Translations under genes and position numbers: made by a program | Source: Auanema rhodensis | Lineage: Eukaryota > Animalia > Nematoda | NCBI GenBank assembly: GCA_964057225.1 | Contig: OZ059898.1 | Location: 19,592,001 to 19,656,000 of the forward strand | Direction of reading: 5' to 3' | Length of the DNA: 64,000 nucleotides | In this document: positions 38,300 through 52,110 of the stretch, piece after piece | Numbering within the stretch: position 1 is the first letter of the stretch | Layout of the letters: every line of letters begins with the position of its first letter | The notes under the pieces: model-generated | The model's database searches: none | The model's input: only the letters and a program-made list of their open reading frames with translations | What the model was told of the DNA's origin: nothing

Positions 38300-40700
38300 A
38301 AAATTTTTGTCAAAATGTTTTTGGAAGCAATGTTGAGTGTACATGGAAACTCAACATACACTAATGCATCATTTTTCAAACGATCATAACTAATTTTTGT
38401 ATTAAGCGTTTCTCAATGTAGTATAGTGCATTCGATGCGGATTTTTAAGCTGCGTCGATCTGTGTTATCAGATTTGCGCTAGCTTAAAAATGCACCGAGA
38501 TATCAACTGATATAAGTTCACACTTATATCCTCGATTTTCACCCTGAAGAATTAATTTTTTCGTTGAATAACATTGTCCATCGTCTTTGCCTTGAAAAAA
38601 GGAATCTAAAAACATCTACTTTTTGCTAAATCATTTTAAAATTTTTCGAAAAAATTTTTGTCAAAATGTTTTGGAAGCAATGTTGAGTGTACATGGAAAC
38701 TCAACATACACTAATGCATCATTTTTCAAACGATCATAACTAATTTTTGTATAAAGCGTTTCTCAATGTAGTATAGTGCATTCGATGCGGATTTTTAAGC
38801 TGCGTCGATCTGTGTTATCAGATTTGCGCTAGCTTAAAAATGCACCGAGATATCAACTGATATATGTTCACACTTATTTCCTCGATTTTCACCCTGAAGA
38901 ATTAATTTTTTCGTTGAATAACATTGTCCATCGTCTTTGCCTTGAAAAAAGGAATCTAAAAACATCTTCTTTTTGCTAAATTATTTTGAAATTTTTTGAA
39001 AAAATTTTTGTCAAAATGTTTTTGGAAGCAATGTTGAGTGTACATGGAAACTCAACATACACTAATGCATCATTTTTCAAACGATCATAACTAATTTTTG
39101 TATTAAGCGTTTCTCAATGTAGTATAGTGCATTCGATGCGGATTTTTAAGCTGCGTCGATCTGTGTTATCAGATTTGCGCTAGCTTAAAAATGCACCGAG
39201 ATATCAACTGATATAAGTTCACACTTATATCCTCGATTTTCACCCTGAAGAATTAATTTTTTCGTTGAATAACATTGTCCATCGTCTTTGCCTTGAAAAA
39301 AGGAATCTAAAAACATCTACTTTTTGCTAAATCATTTTAAAATTTTTCGAAAAAATTTTTGTCAAAATGTTTTGGAAGCAATGTTGAGTGTACATGGAAA
39401 CTCAACATACACTAATGCATCATTTTTCAAACGATCATAACTAATTTTTGTATAAAGCGTTTCTCAATGTAGTATAGTGCATTCGATGCGGATTTTTAAG
39501 CTGCGTCGATCTGTGTTATCAGATTTGCGCTAGCTTAAAAATGCACCGAGATATCAACTGATATATGTTCACACTTATTTCCTCGATTTTCACCCTGAAG
39601 AATTAATTTTTTCGTTGAATAACATTGTCCATCGTCTTTGCCTTGAAAAAAGGAATCTAAAAACATCTTCTTTTTGCTAAATTATTTTGAAATTTTTTGA
39701 AAAAATTTTTGTCAAAATGTTTTTGGAAGCAATGTTGAGTGTACATGGAAACTCAACATACACTAATGCATCATTTTTCAAACGATCATAACTAATTTTT
39801 GTATTAAGCGTTTCTCAATGTAGTATAGTGCATTCGATGCGGATTTTTAAGCTGCGTCGATCTGTGTTATCAGATTTGCGCTAGCTTAAAAATGCACCGA
39901 GATATCAACTGATATAAGTTCACACTTATATCCTCGATTTTCACCCTGAAGAATTAATTTTTTCGTTGAATAACATTGTCCATCGTCTTTGCCTTGAAAA
40001 AAGGAATCTAAAAACATCTACTTTTTGCTAAATCATTTTAAAATTTTTCGAAAAAATTTTTGTCAAAATGTTTTGGAAGCAATGTTGAGTGTACATGGAA
40101 ACTCAACATACACTAATGCATCATTTTTCAAACGATCATAACTAATTTTTGTATAAAGCGTTTCTCAATGTAGTATAGTGCATTCGATGCGGATTTTTAA
40201 GCTGCGTCGATCTGTGTTATCAGATTTGCGCTAGCTTAAAAATGCACCGAGATATCAACTGATATATGTTCACACTTATTTCCTCGATTTTCACCCTGAA
40301 GAATTAATTTTTTCGTTGAATAACATTGTCCATCGTCTTTGCCTTGAAAAAAGGAATCTAAAAACATCTTCTTTTTGCTAAATTATTTTGAAATTTTTTG
40401 AAAAAATTTTTGTCAAAATGTTTTTGGAAGCAATGTTGAGTGTACATGGAAACTCAACATACACTAATGCATCATTTTTCAAACGATCATAACTAATTTT
40501 TGTATTAAGCGTTTCTCAATGTAGTATAGTGCATTCGATGCGGATTTTTAAGCTGCGTCGATCTGTGTTATCAGATTTGCGCTAGCTTAAAAATGCACCG
40601 AGATATCAACTGATATAAGTTCACACTTATATCCTCGATTTTCACCCTGAAGAATTAATTTTTTCGTTGAATAACATTGTCCATCGTCTTTGCCTTGAAA
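38300..40700. repeat. 2-monomer higher-order repeat, ~3 copies (701 bp = 350 + 351)
   Basis: gatatatg T38865/39566/40267. 350 bp aatcattttaaa monomers (38591, 39292, 39993) alternate with catcttc monomers (38941, 39642, 40343). Confidence 0.9.
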
Positions 40701-40899
40701 AAAGGAATCTAAAAACATCTTCTTTTTGCTAAATTATTTTGAAATTTTTTAAAAAAATTTTTGTCAAAATGTTTTTGGAAGCAATGTTGAGTGTACATGG
40801 AAACTCAACATACACTAATGCATCATTTTTCAAACGATCATAACTAATTTTTGTATTAAGCGTTTCTCAATGTAGTATAGTGCATTCGATGCGGATTTT

Positions 40900-43800
40900 T
40901 AAGCTGCGTCGATCTGTGTTATCAGATTTGCGCTAGCTTAAAAATGCACCGAGATATCAACTGATATAAGTTCACACTTATATCCTCGATTTTCACCCTG
41001 AAGAATTAATTTTTTCGTTGAATAACATTGTCCATCGTCTTTGCCTTGAAAAAAGGAATCTAAAAACATCTTCTTTTTGCTAAATTATTTTGAAATTTTT
41101 TGAAAAAATTTTTGTCAAATTGTTTTTGGAAGCAATGTTGAGTGTACATGGAAACTCAACATACACTAATGCATCATTTTTCAAACGATCATAACTAATT
41201 TTTGTATTAAGCGTTTCTCAATGTAGTATAGTGCATTCGATGCGGATTTTTAAGCTGCGTCGATCTGTGTTATCAGATTTGCGCTAGCTTAAAAATGCAC
41301 CGAGATATCAACTGATATAAGTTCACACTTATATCCTCGATTTTCACCCTGAAGAATTAATTTTTTCGTTGAATAACATTGTCCATCGTCTTTGCCTTGA
41401 AAAAAGGAATCTAAAAACATCTTCTTTTTGCTAAATTATTTTGAAATTTTTTGAAAAAATTTTTGTCAAAATGTTTTTGGAAGCAATGTTGAGTGTACAT
41501 GGAAACTCAACATACACTAATGCATCATTTTTCAAACGATCATAACTAATTTTTGTATAAAGCGTTTCTCAATGTAGTATAGTGCATTCGATGCGGACTT
41601 TTAAGCTGCGTCGATCTGTGTTATCAGATTTGCGCTAGCTTAAAAATGCACCGAGATATCAACTGATATATGTTCACACTTATTTCCTCGATTTTCACCC
41701 TGAAGAATTAATTTTTTCGTTGAATAACATTGTCCATCGTCTTTGCCTTGAAAAAAGGAATCTAAAAACATCTACTTTTTGCTAAATTATTTTGAAATTT
41801 TTTGAAAAAATTTTTGTCAAAATGTTTTTGGAAGCAATGTTGAGTGTACATGGAAACTCAACATACACTAATGCATCATTTTTCAAACGATCATAACTAA
41901 TTTTTGTATTAAGCGTTTCTCAATGTAGTATAGTGCATTCGATGCGGATTTTTAAGCTGCGTCGATCTGTGTTATCAGATTTGCGCTAGCTTAAAAATGC
42001 ACCGAGATATCAACTGATATAAGTTTACACTTATATCCTCGATTTTCACCCTGAAGAACTAATTTTTTCGTTGAAAAACATTGTCCATCGTCTTTGCCTT
42101 GAAAAAAGGAATCTAAAAACATCTACTTTTTGCTAAATTATTTCGAAATTTTTCGAAAAAATTTTTGTCAAAATGTTTTTGGAAGCAATGTTGAGTGTAC
42201 ATGGAAACTCAACATACACTAATGCATCATTTTTCAAACGATCATAACTAATTTTTGTATAAAGCGTTTCTCAATGTAGTATAGTGCATTCGATGCGGAC
42301 TTTTAAGCTGCGTCGATCTGTGTTATCAGATTTGCGCTAGCTTAAAAATGCACCGAGATATCAACTGATATATGTTCACACTTATTTCCTCGATTTTCAC
42401 CCTGAAGAATTAATTTTTTCGTTGAATAACATTGTCCATCGTCTTTGCCTTGAAAAAAGGAATCTAAAAACATCTACTTTTTGCTAAATTATTTTGAAAT
42501 TTTTTGAAAAAATTTTTGTCAAAATGTTTTTGGAAGCAATGTTGAGTGTACATGGAAACTCAACATACACTAATGCATCATTTTTCAAACGATCATAACT
42601 AATTTTTGTATTAAGCGTTTCTCAATGTAGTATAGTGCATTCGATGCGGATTTTTAAGCTGCGTCGATCTGTGTTATCAGATTTGCGCTAGCTTAAAAAT
42701 GCACCGAGATATCAACTGATATAAGTTTACACTTATATCCTCGATTTTCACCCTGAAGAACTAATTTTTTCGTTGAAAAACATTGTCCATCGTGTTTGCC
42801 TTGAAAAAAGGAATCTAAAAACATCTACTTTTTGCTAAATTATTTCGAAATTTTTCGAAAAAATTTTTGTCAAAATGTTTTTGGAAGCAATGTTGAGTGT
42901 ACATGGAAACTCAACATACACTAATGCATCATTTTTCAAACGATCATAACTAATTTTTCTATTAAGCGTTTCTCAATGTAGTATAGTGCATTCGATGCGG
43001 ATTTTTACGCTGCGTCGATCTGTGTTATCAGATTTGCGCTAGCTTAAAAATGCACCGAGATATCAACTGATATAAGTTTACACTTATATCCTCGATTTTC
43101 ACCCTGAAGAACTAATTTTTTCGTTGAAAAACATTGTCCATCGTGTTTGCCTTGAAAAAAGGAATCTAAAAACATCTACTTTTTGCTAAATTATTTCGAA
43201 ATTTTTCGAAAAAATTTTTGTCAAAATGTTTTTGGAAGCAATGTTGAGTGTACATAGAAACTCAACATACACTAATGCATCATTTTTCAAACGATCATAA
43301 CTAATTTTTCTATTAAGCGTTTCTCAATGTAGTATAGTGCATTCGATGCGGATTTTTCAGCTGCGTCGATCTGTGTTATCAGATTTGCGCTAGCTTAAAA
43401 ATGCACCGAGATATCAACTGATATAAGTTTACACTTATATCCTCGATTTTCACCCTGAAGAACTAATTTTTTCGTTGAAAAACATTGTCCATCGTCTTTG
43501 CCTTGAAAAAAGGAATCTAAAAACATCTACTTTTTGCTAAATTATTTTGAAATTTTTTGATAAAATTTTTGTCAAAATGTTTTTGGAAGCAATGTTGAGT
43601 GTAAATGGAAACTCAACATACACTAATGCATCATTTTTCAAACGATCATAACTAATTTTTGTATAAAGCGTTTCTCAATGTAGTATAGTGCATTCGATGC
43701 GGATTTTTAAGCTGCGTCGATCTGTGTTATCAGATTTGCGCTAGCTTAAAAATGCACCGAGATATCAACTGATATATGTTCACACTTATTTCCTCGATTT

Positions 43801-46800
43801 TCACCCTGAAGAATTAATTTTTTCGTTGAAAAACATTGTCCATCGTCTTTGCCTTGAAAAAAGAAATCTAAAAACATCTACTTTTTGCTAAATTATTTTG
43901 AAATTTTTTGAAAAAATTTTTGTCAAAATGTTTTTGGAAGCAATGTTGAGTGTACATGGAAACTCAACATACACTAATGCATCATTTTTCAAACGATCAT
44001 AACTAATTTTTGTATTAAGCGTTTCTCAATGTAGTATAGTGCATTCGATGCGGATTTTTAAGCTGCGTCGATCTGTGTTATCAGATTTGCGCTAGCTTAA
44101 AAATGCACCGAGATATCAACTGATATAAGTTCACACTTATATCCTCGATTTTCACCCTGAAGAATTAATTTTTTCGTTGAATAACATTGTCCATCGTCTT
44201 TGCCTTGAAAAAAGGAATCTAAAAACATCTTCTTTTTGCTAAATTATTTTGAAATTTTTTGAAAAAATTTTTGTCAAAATGTTTTTGGAAGCAATGTTGA
44301 GTGTACATGGAAACTCAACATACACTAATGCATCATTTTTCAAACGATCATAACTAATTTTTGTATTAAGCGTTTCTCAATGTAGTATAGTGCATTCGAT
44401 GCGGATTTTTAAGCTGCGTCGATCTGTGTTATCAGATTTGCGCTAGCTTAAAAATGCACCGAGATATCAACTGATATATGTTCACACTTATTTCCTCGAT
44501 TTTCACCCTGAAGAATTAATTTTTTCGTTGAATAACATTGTCCATCGTCTTTGCCTTGAAAAAAGGAATCTAAAAACATCTACTTTTTGCTAAATTATTT
44601 TGAAATTTTTTGAAAAAATTTTTGTCAAAATGTTTTTGGAAGCAATGTTGAGTGTACATGGAAACTCAACATACACTAATGCATCATTTTTCAAACGATC
44701 ATAACTAATTTTTCTATTAAGCGTTTCTCAATGTAGTATAGTGCATTCGATGCGGATTTTTAAGCTGCGTCGATCTGTGTTATCAGATTTGCGCTAGCTT
44801 AAAAATGCACCGAGATATCAACTGATATATGTTCACACTTATTTCCTCGATTTTCACCCTGAAGAATTAATTTTTTCGTTGAATAACATTGTCCATCGTC
44901 TTTGCCTTGAAAAAAGGAATCTAAAAACATCTACTTTTTGCTAAATTATTTTGAAATTTTTCGAAAAAATTTTTGTCAAAATGTTTTTGGAAGCAATGTT
45001 GAGTGTACATGGAAACTCAACATACACTAATGCATCATTTTTCAAACGATCATAACTAATTTTTCTATTAAGCGTTTCTCAATGTAGTATAGTGCATTCG
45101 ATGCGGATTTTTAAGCTGCGTCGATCTGTGTTATCAGATTTGCGCTAGCTTAAAAATGCACCGAGATATCAACTGATATAAGTTCACACTTATATCCTCG
45201 ATTTTCACCCTGAAGAATTAATTTTTTCGTTGAATAACATTGTCCATCGTCTTTGCCTTGAAAAAAGGAATCTAAAAACATCTTCTTTTTGCTAAATTAT
45301 TTTGAAATTTTTTGAAAAAATTTTTGTCAAAATGTTTTTGGAAGCAATGTTGAGTGTACATGGAAACTCAACATACACTAATGCATCATTTTTCAAACGA
45401 TCATAACTAATTTTTGTATAAAGCGTTTCTCAATGTAGTATAGTGCATTCGATGCGGACTTTTAAGCTGCGTCGATCTGTGTTATCAGATTTGCGCTAGC
45501 TTAAAAATGCACCGAGATATCAACTGATATAAGTTCACACTTATATCCTCGATTTTCACCCTGAAGAATTAATTTTTTCGTTGAATAACATTGTCCATCG
45601 TCTTTGCCTTGAAAAAAGGAATCTAAAAACATCTTCTTTTTGCTAAATTATTTTGAAATTTTTTGAAAAAATTTTTGTCAAATTGTTTTTGGAAGCAATG
45701 TTGAGTGTACATGGAAACTCAACATACACTAATGCATCATTTTTCAAACGATCATAACTAATTTTTGTATTAAGCGTTTCTCAATGTAGTATAGTGCATT
45801 CGATGCGGATTTTTAAGCTGCGTCGATCTGTGTTATCAGATTTGCGCTAGCTTAAAAATGCACCGAGATATCAACTGATATAAGTTCACACTTATATCCT
45901 CGATTTTCACCCTGAAGAATTAATTTTTTCGTTGAATAACATTGTCCATCGTCTTTGCCTTGAAAAAAGGAATCTAAAAACATCTTCTTTTTGCTAAATT
46001 ATTTTGAAATTTTTTGAAAAAATTTTTGTCAAAATGTTTTTGGAAGCAATGTTGAGTGTACATGGAAACTCAACATACACTAATGCATCATTTTTCAAAC
46101 GATCATAACTAATTTTTGTATAAAGCGTTTCTCAATGTAGTATAGTGCATTCGATGCGGACTTTTAAGCTGCGTCGATCTGTGTTATCAGATTTGCGCTA
46201 GCTTAAAAATGCACCGAGATATCAACTGATATATGTTCACACTTATTTCCTCGATTTTCACCCTGAAGAATTAATTTTTTCGTTGAATAACATTGTCCAT
46301 CGTCTTTGCCTTGAAAAAAGGAATCTAAAAACATCTACTTTTTGCTAAATTATTTTGAAATTTTTTGAAAAAATTTTTGTCAAAATGTTTTTGGAAGCAA
46401 TGTTGAGTGTACATGGAAACTCAACATACACTAATGCATCATTTTTCAAACGATCATAACTAATTTTTGTATTAAGCGTTTCTCAATGTAGTATAGTGCA
46501 TTCGATGCGGATTTTTAAGCTGCGTCGATCTGTGTTATCAGATTTGCGCTAGCTTAAAAATGCACCGAGATATCAACTGATATAAGTTTACACTTATATC
46601 CTCGATTTTCACCCTGAAGAACTAATTTTTTCGTTGAAAAACATTGTCCATCGTCTTTGCCTTGAAAAAAGGAATCTAAAAACATCTACTTTTTGCTAAA
46701 TTATTTCGAAATTTTTCGAAAAAATTTTTGTCAAAATGTTTTTGGAAGCAATGTTGAGTGTACATGGAAACTCAACATACACTAATGCATCATTTTTCAA

Positions 46801-49676
46801 ACGATCATAACTAATTTTTGTATAAAGCGTTTCTCAATGTAGTATAGTGCATTCGATGCGGACTTTTAAGCTGCGTCGATCTGTGTTATCAGATTTGCGC
46901 TAGCTTAAAAATGCACCGAGATATCAACTGATATATGTTCACACTTATTTCCTCGATTTTCACCCTGAAGAATTAATTTTTTCGTTGAATAACATTGTCC
47001 ATCGTCTTTGCCTTGAAAAAAGGAATCTAAAAACATCTACTTTTTGCTAAATTATTTTGAAATTTTTTGAAAAAATTTTTGTCAAAATGTTTTTGGAAGC
47101 AATGTTGAGTGTACATGGAAACTCAACATACACTAATGCATCATTTTTCAAACGATCATAACTAATTTTTGTATTAAGCGTTTCTCAATGTAGTATAGTG
47201 CATTCGATGCGGATTTTTAAGCTGCGTCGATCTGTGTTATCAGATTTGCGCTAGCTTAAAAATGCACCGAGATATCAACTGATATAAGTTTACACTTATA
47301 TCCTCGATTTTCACCCTGAAGAACTAATTTTTTCGTTGAAAAACATTGTCCATCGTGTTTGCCTTGAAAAAAGGAATCTAAAAACATCTACTTTTTGCTA
47401 AATTATTTCGAAATTTTTCGAAAAAATTTTTGTCAAAATGTTTTTGGAAGCAATGTTGAGTGTACATGGAAACTCAACATACACTAATGCATCATTTTTC
47501 AAACGATCATAACTAATTTTTCTATTAAGCGTTTCTCAATGTAGTATAGTGCATTCGATGCGGATTTTTACGCTGCGTCGATCTGTGTTATCAGATTTGC
47601 GCTAGCTTAAAAATGCACCGAGATATCAACTGATATAAGTTTACACTTATATCCTCGATTTTCACCCTGAAGAACTAATTTTTTCGTTGAAAAACATTGT
47701 CCATCGTGTTTGCCTTGAAAAAAGGAATCTAAAAACATCTACTTTTTGCTAAATTATTTCGAAATTTTTCGAAAAAATTTTTGTCAAAATGTTTTTGGAA
47801 GCAATGTTGAGTGTACATAGAAACTCAACATACACTAATGCATCATTTTTCAAACGATCATAACTAATTTTTCTATTAAGCGTTTCTCAATGTAGTATAG
47901 TGCATTCGATGCGGATTTTTCAGCTGCGTCGATCTGTGTTATCAGATTTGCGCTAGCTTAAAAATGCACCGAGATATCAACTGATATAAGTTTACACTTA
48001 TATCCTCGATTTTCACCCTGAAGAACTAATTTTTTCGTTGAAAAACATTGTCCATCGTCTTTGCCTTGAAAAAAGGAATCTAAAAACATCTACTTTTTGC
48101 TAAATTATTTTGAAATTTTTTGATAAAATTTTTGTCAAAATGTTTTTGGAAGCAATGTTGAGTGTAAATGGAAACTCAACATACACTAATGCATCATTTT
48201 TCAAACGATCATAACTAATTTTTGTATAAAGCGTTTCTCAATGTAGTATAGTGCATTCGATGCGGATTTTTAAGCTGCGTCGATCTGTGTTATCAGATTT
48301 GCGCTAGCTTAAAAATGCACCGAGATATCAACTGATATATGTTCACACTTATTTCCTCGATTTTCACCCTGAAGAATTAATTTTTTCGTTGAAAAACATT
48401 GTCCATCGTCTTTGCCTTGAAAAAAGAAATCTAAAAACATCTACTTTTTGCTAAATTATTTTGAAATTTTTTGAAAAAATTTTTGTCAAAATGTTTTTGG
48501 AAGCAATGTTGAGTGTACATGGAAACTCAACATACACTAATGCATCATTTTTCAAACGATCATAACTAATTTTTGTATTAAGCGTTTCTCAATGTAGTAT
48601 AGTGCATTCGATGCGGATTTTTAAGCTGCGTCGATCTGTGTTATCAGATTTGCGCTAGCTTAAAAATGCACCGAGATATCAACTGATATAAGTTCACACT
48701 TATATCCTCGATTTTCACCCTGAAGAATTAATTTTTTCGTTGAATAACATTGTCCATCGTCTTTGCCTTGAAAAAAGGAATCTAAAAACATCTTCTTTTT
48801 GCTAAATTATTTTGAAATTTTTTGAAAAAATTTTTGTCAAAATGTTTTTGGAAGCAATGTTGAGTGTACATGGAAACTCAACATACACTAATGCATCATT
48901 TTTCAAACGATCATAACTAATTTTTGTATTAAGCGTTTCTCAATGTAGTATAGTGCATTCGATGCGGATTTTTAAGCTGCGTCGATCTGTGTTATCAGAT
49001 TTGCGCTAGCTTAAAAATGCACCGAGATATCAACTGATATATGTTCACACTTATTTCCTCGATTTTCACCCTGAAGAATTAATTTTTTCGTTGAATAACA
49101 TTGTCCATCGTCTTTGCCTTGAAAAAAGGAATCTAAAAACATCTACTTTTTGCTAAATTATTTTGAAATTTTTTGAAAAAATTTTTGTCAAAATGTTTTT
49201 GGAAGCAATGTTGAGTGTACATGGAAACTCAACATACACTAATGCATCATTTTTCAAACGATCATAACTAATTTTTCTATTAAGCGTTTCTCAATGTAGT
49301 ATAGTGCATTCGATGCGGATTTTTAAGCTGCGTCGATCTGTGTTATCAGATTTGCGCTAGCTTAAAAATGCACCGAGATATCAACTGATATATGTTCACA
49401 CTTATTTCCTCGATTTTCACCCTGAAGAATTAATTTTTTCGTTGAATAACATTGTCCATCGTCTTTGCCTTGAAAAAAGGAATCTAAAAACATCTACTTT
49501 TTGCTAAATTATTTTGAAATTTTTCGAAAAAATTTTTGTCAAAATGTTTTTGGAAGCAATGTTGAGTGTACATGGAAACTCAACATACACTAATGCATCA
49601 TTTTTCAAACGATCATAACTAATTTTTCTATTAAGCGTTTCTCAATGTAGTATAGTGCATTCGATGCGGATTTTTA
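40900..49676. repeat. Near-complete tandem 13-monomer duplication (4563 bp period)
   Basis: gtcaaattg T41120/45683; ggactttt C41598/46161 and 42300/46863; tttacgc C43008/47571; catagaa A43256/47819; gtaaatgg A43604/48167. All are offset by 4563 = 13 x 351. Confidence 0.92.
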
Positions 49677-50019
49677 CGCTGCGTCGATCTGTGTTATCAG
49701 ATTTGCGCTAGCTTAAAAATGCACCGAGATATCAACTGATATAAGTTTACACTTATATCCTCGATTTTCACCCTGAAGAACTAATTTTTTCGTTGAAAAA
49801 CATTGTCCATCGTGTTTGCCTTGAAAAAAGGAATCTAAAAACATCTACTTTTTGCTAAATTATTTCGAAATTTTTCGAAAAAATTTTTGTCAAAATGTTT
49901 TTGGAAGCAATGTTGAGTGTACATAGAAACTCAACATACACTAATGCATCATTTTTCAAACGATCATAACTAATTTTTCTATTAAGCGTTTCTCAATGTA
50001 GTATAGTGCATTCGATGCG

Positions 50020-52110
50020 GATTTTTCAGCTGCGTCGATCTGTGTTATCAGATTTGCGCTAGCTTAAAAATGCACCGAGATATCAACTGATATAAGTTTA
50101 CACTTATATCCTCGATTTTCACCCTGAAGAACTAATTTTTTCGTTGAAAAACATTGTCCATCGTGTTTGCCTTGAAAAAAGGAATCTAAAAACATCTACT
50201 TTTTGCTAAATTATTTCGAAATTTTTCGAAAAAATTTTTGTCAAAATGTTTTTGGAAGCAATGTTGAGTGTACATAGAAACTCAACATACACTAATGCAT
50301 CATTTTTCAAACGATCATAACTAATTTTTCTATTAAGCGTTTCTCAATGTAGTATAGTGCATTCGATGCGGATTTTTCAGCTGCGTCGATCTGTGTTATC
50401 AGATTTGCGCTAGCTTAAAAATGCACCGAGATATCAACTGATATAAGTTTACACTTATATCCTCGATTTTCACCCTGAAGAACTAATTTTTTCGTTGAAA
50501 AACATTGTCCATCGTCTTTGCCTTGAAAAAAGGAATCTAAAAACATCTACTTTTTGCTAAATTATTTTGAAATTTTTTGATAAAATTTTTGTCAAAATGT
50601 TTTTGGAAGCAATGTTGAGTGTACATGGAAACTCAACATACACTAATGCATCATTTTTCAAACGATCATAACTAATTTTTGTATAAAGCGTTTCTCAATG
50701 TAGTATAGTGCATTCGATGCGGATTTTTAAGCTGCGTCGATCTGTGTTATCAGATTTGCGCTAGCTTAAAAATGCACCGAGATATCAACTGATATATGTT
50801 CACACTTATTTCCTCGATTTTCACCCTGAAGAATTAATTTTTTCGTTGAAAAACATTGTCCATCGTCTTTGCCTTGAAAAAAGGAATCTAAAAACATGTA
50901 CTTTTTGCTAAATTATTTTGAAATTTTTTGAAAAAATTTTTGTCAAAATGTTTTTGGAAGCAATGTTGAGTGTACATGGAAACTCAACATACACTAATGC
51001 ATCATTTTTCAAACGATCATAACTAATTTTTGTATAAAGCGTTTCTCAATGTAGTATAGTGCATTCGATGCGGATTTTTCAGCTGCGTCGATCTGTGTTA
51101 TCAGATTTGCGCTAGCTTAAAAATGCACCGAGATATCAACTGATATAAGTTTACACTTATATCCTCGATTTTCACCCTGAAGAACTAATTTTTTCGTTGA
51201 AAAACATTGTCCATCGTGTTTGCCTTGAAAAAAGGAATCTAAAAACATCTACTTTTTGCTAAATTATTTCGAAATTTTTCGAAAAAATTTTTGTCAAAAT
51301 GTTTTTGGAAGCAATGTTGAGTGTACATAGAAACTCAACATACACTAATGCATCATTTTTCAAACGATCATAACTAATTTTTCTATTAAGCGTTTCTCAA
51401 TGTAGTATAGTGCATTCGATGCGGATTTTTCAGCTGCGTCGATCTGTGTTATCAGATTTGCGCTAGCTTAAAAATGCACCGAGATATCAACTGATATAAG
51501 TTTACACTTATATCCTCGATTTTCACCCTGAAGAACTAATTTTTTCGTTGAAAAACATTGTCCATCGTCTTTGCCTTGAAAAAAGGAATCTAAAAACATC
51601 TACTTTTTGCTAAATTATTTTGAAATTTTTTGATAAAATTTTTGTCAAAATGTTTTTGGAAGCAATGTTGAGTGTACATGGAAACTCAACATACACTAAT
51701 GCATCATTTTTCAAACGATCATAACTAATTTTTGTATAAAGCGTTTCTCAATGTAGTATAGTGCATTCGATGCGGATTTTTAAGCTGCGTCGATCTGTGT
51801 TATCAGATTTGCGCTAGCTTAAAAATGCACCGAGATATCAACTGATATATGTTCACACTTATTTCCTCGATTTTCACCCTGAAGAATTAATTTTTTCGTT
51901 GAAAAACATTGTCCATCGTCTTTGCCTTGAAAAAAGGAATCTAAAAACATGTACTTTTTGCTAAATTATTTTGAAATTTTTTGAAAAAATTTTTGTCAAA
52001 ATGTTTTTGGAAGCAATGTTGAGTGTACATGGAAACTCAACATACACTAATGCATCATTTTTCAAACGATCATAACTAATTTTTGTATAAAGCGTTTCTC
52101 AATGTAGTAT
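50020..52110. repeat. Tandem 3-monomer duplication (1053 bp period)
   Basis: aacatgtac G50898/G51951 and catagaa A50276/A51329. Confidence 0.85.

Noticed and set aside
38859-38880. Compensatory double mutation in the H3 stem (tatatg + tatttc)
   Set aside because: The two changes affect different base pairs and each creates a T-T mismatch, so they are linked but not compensatory.
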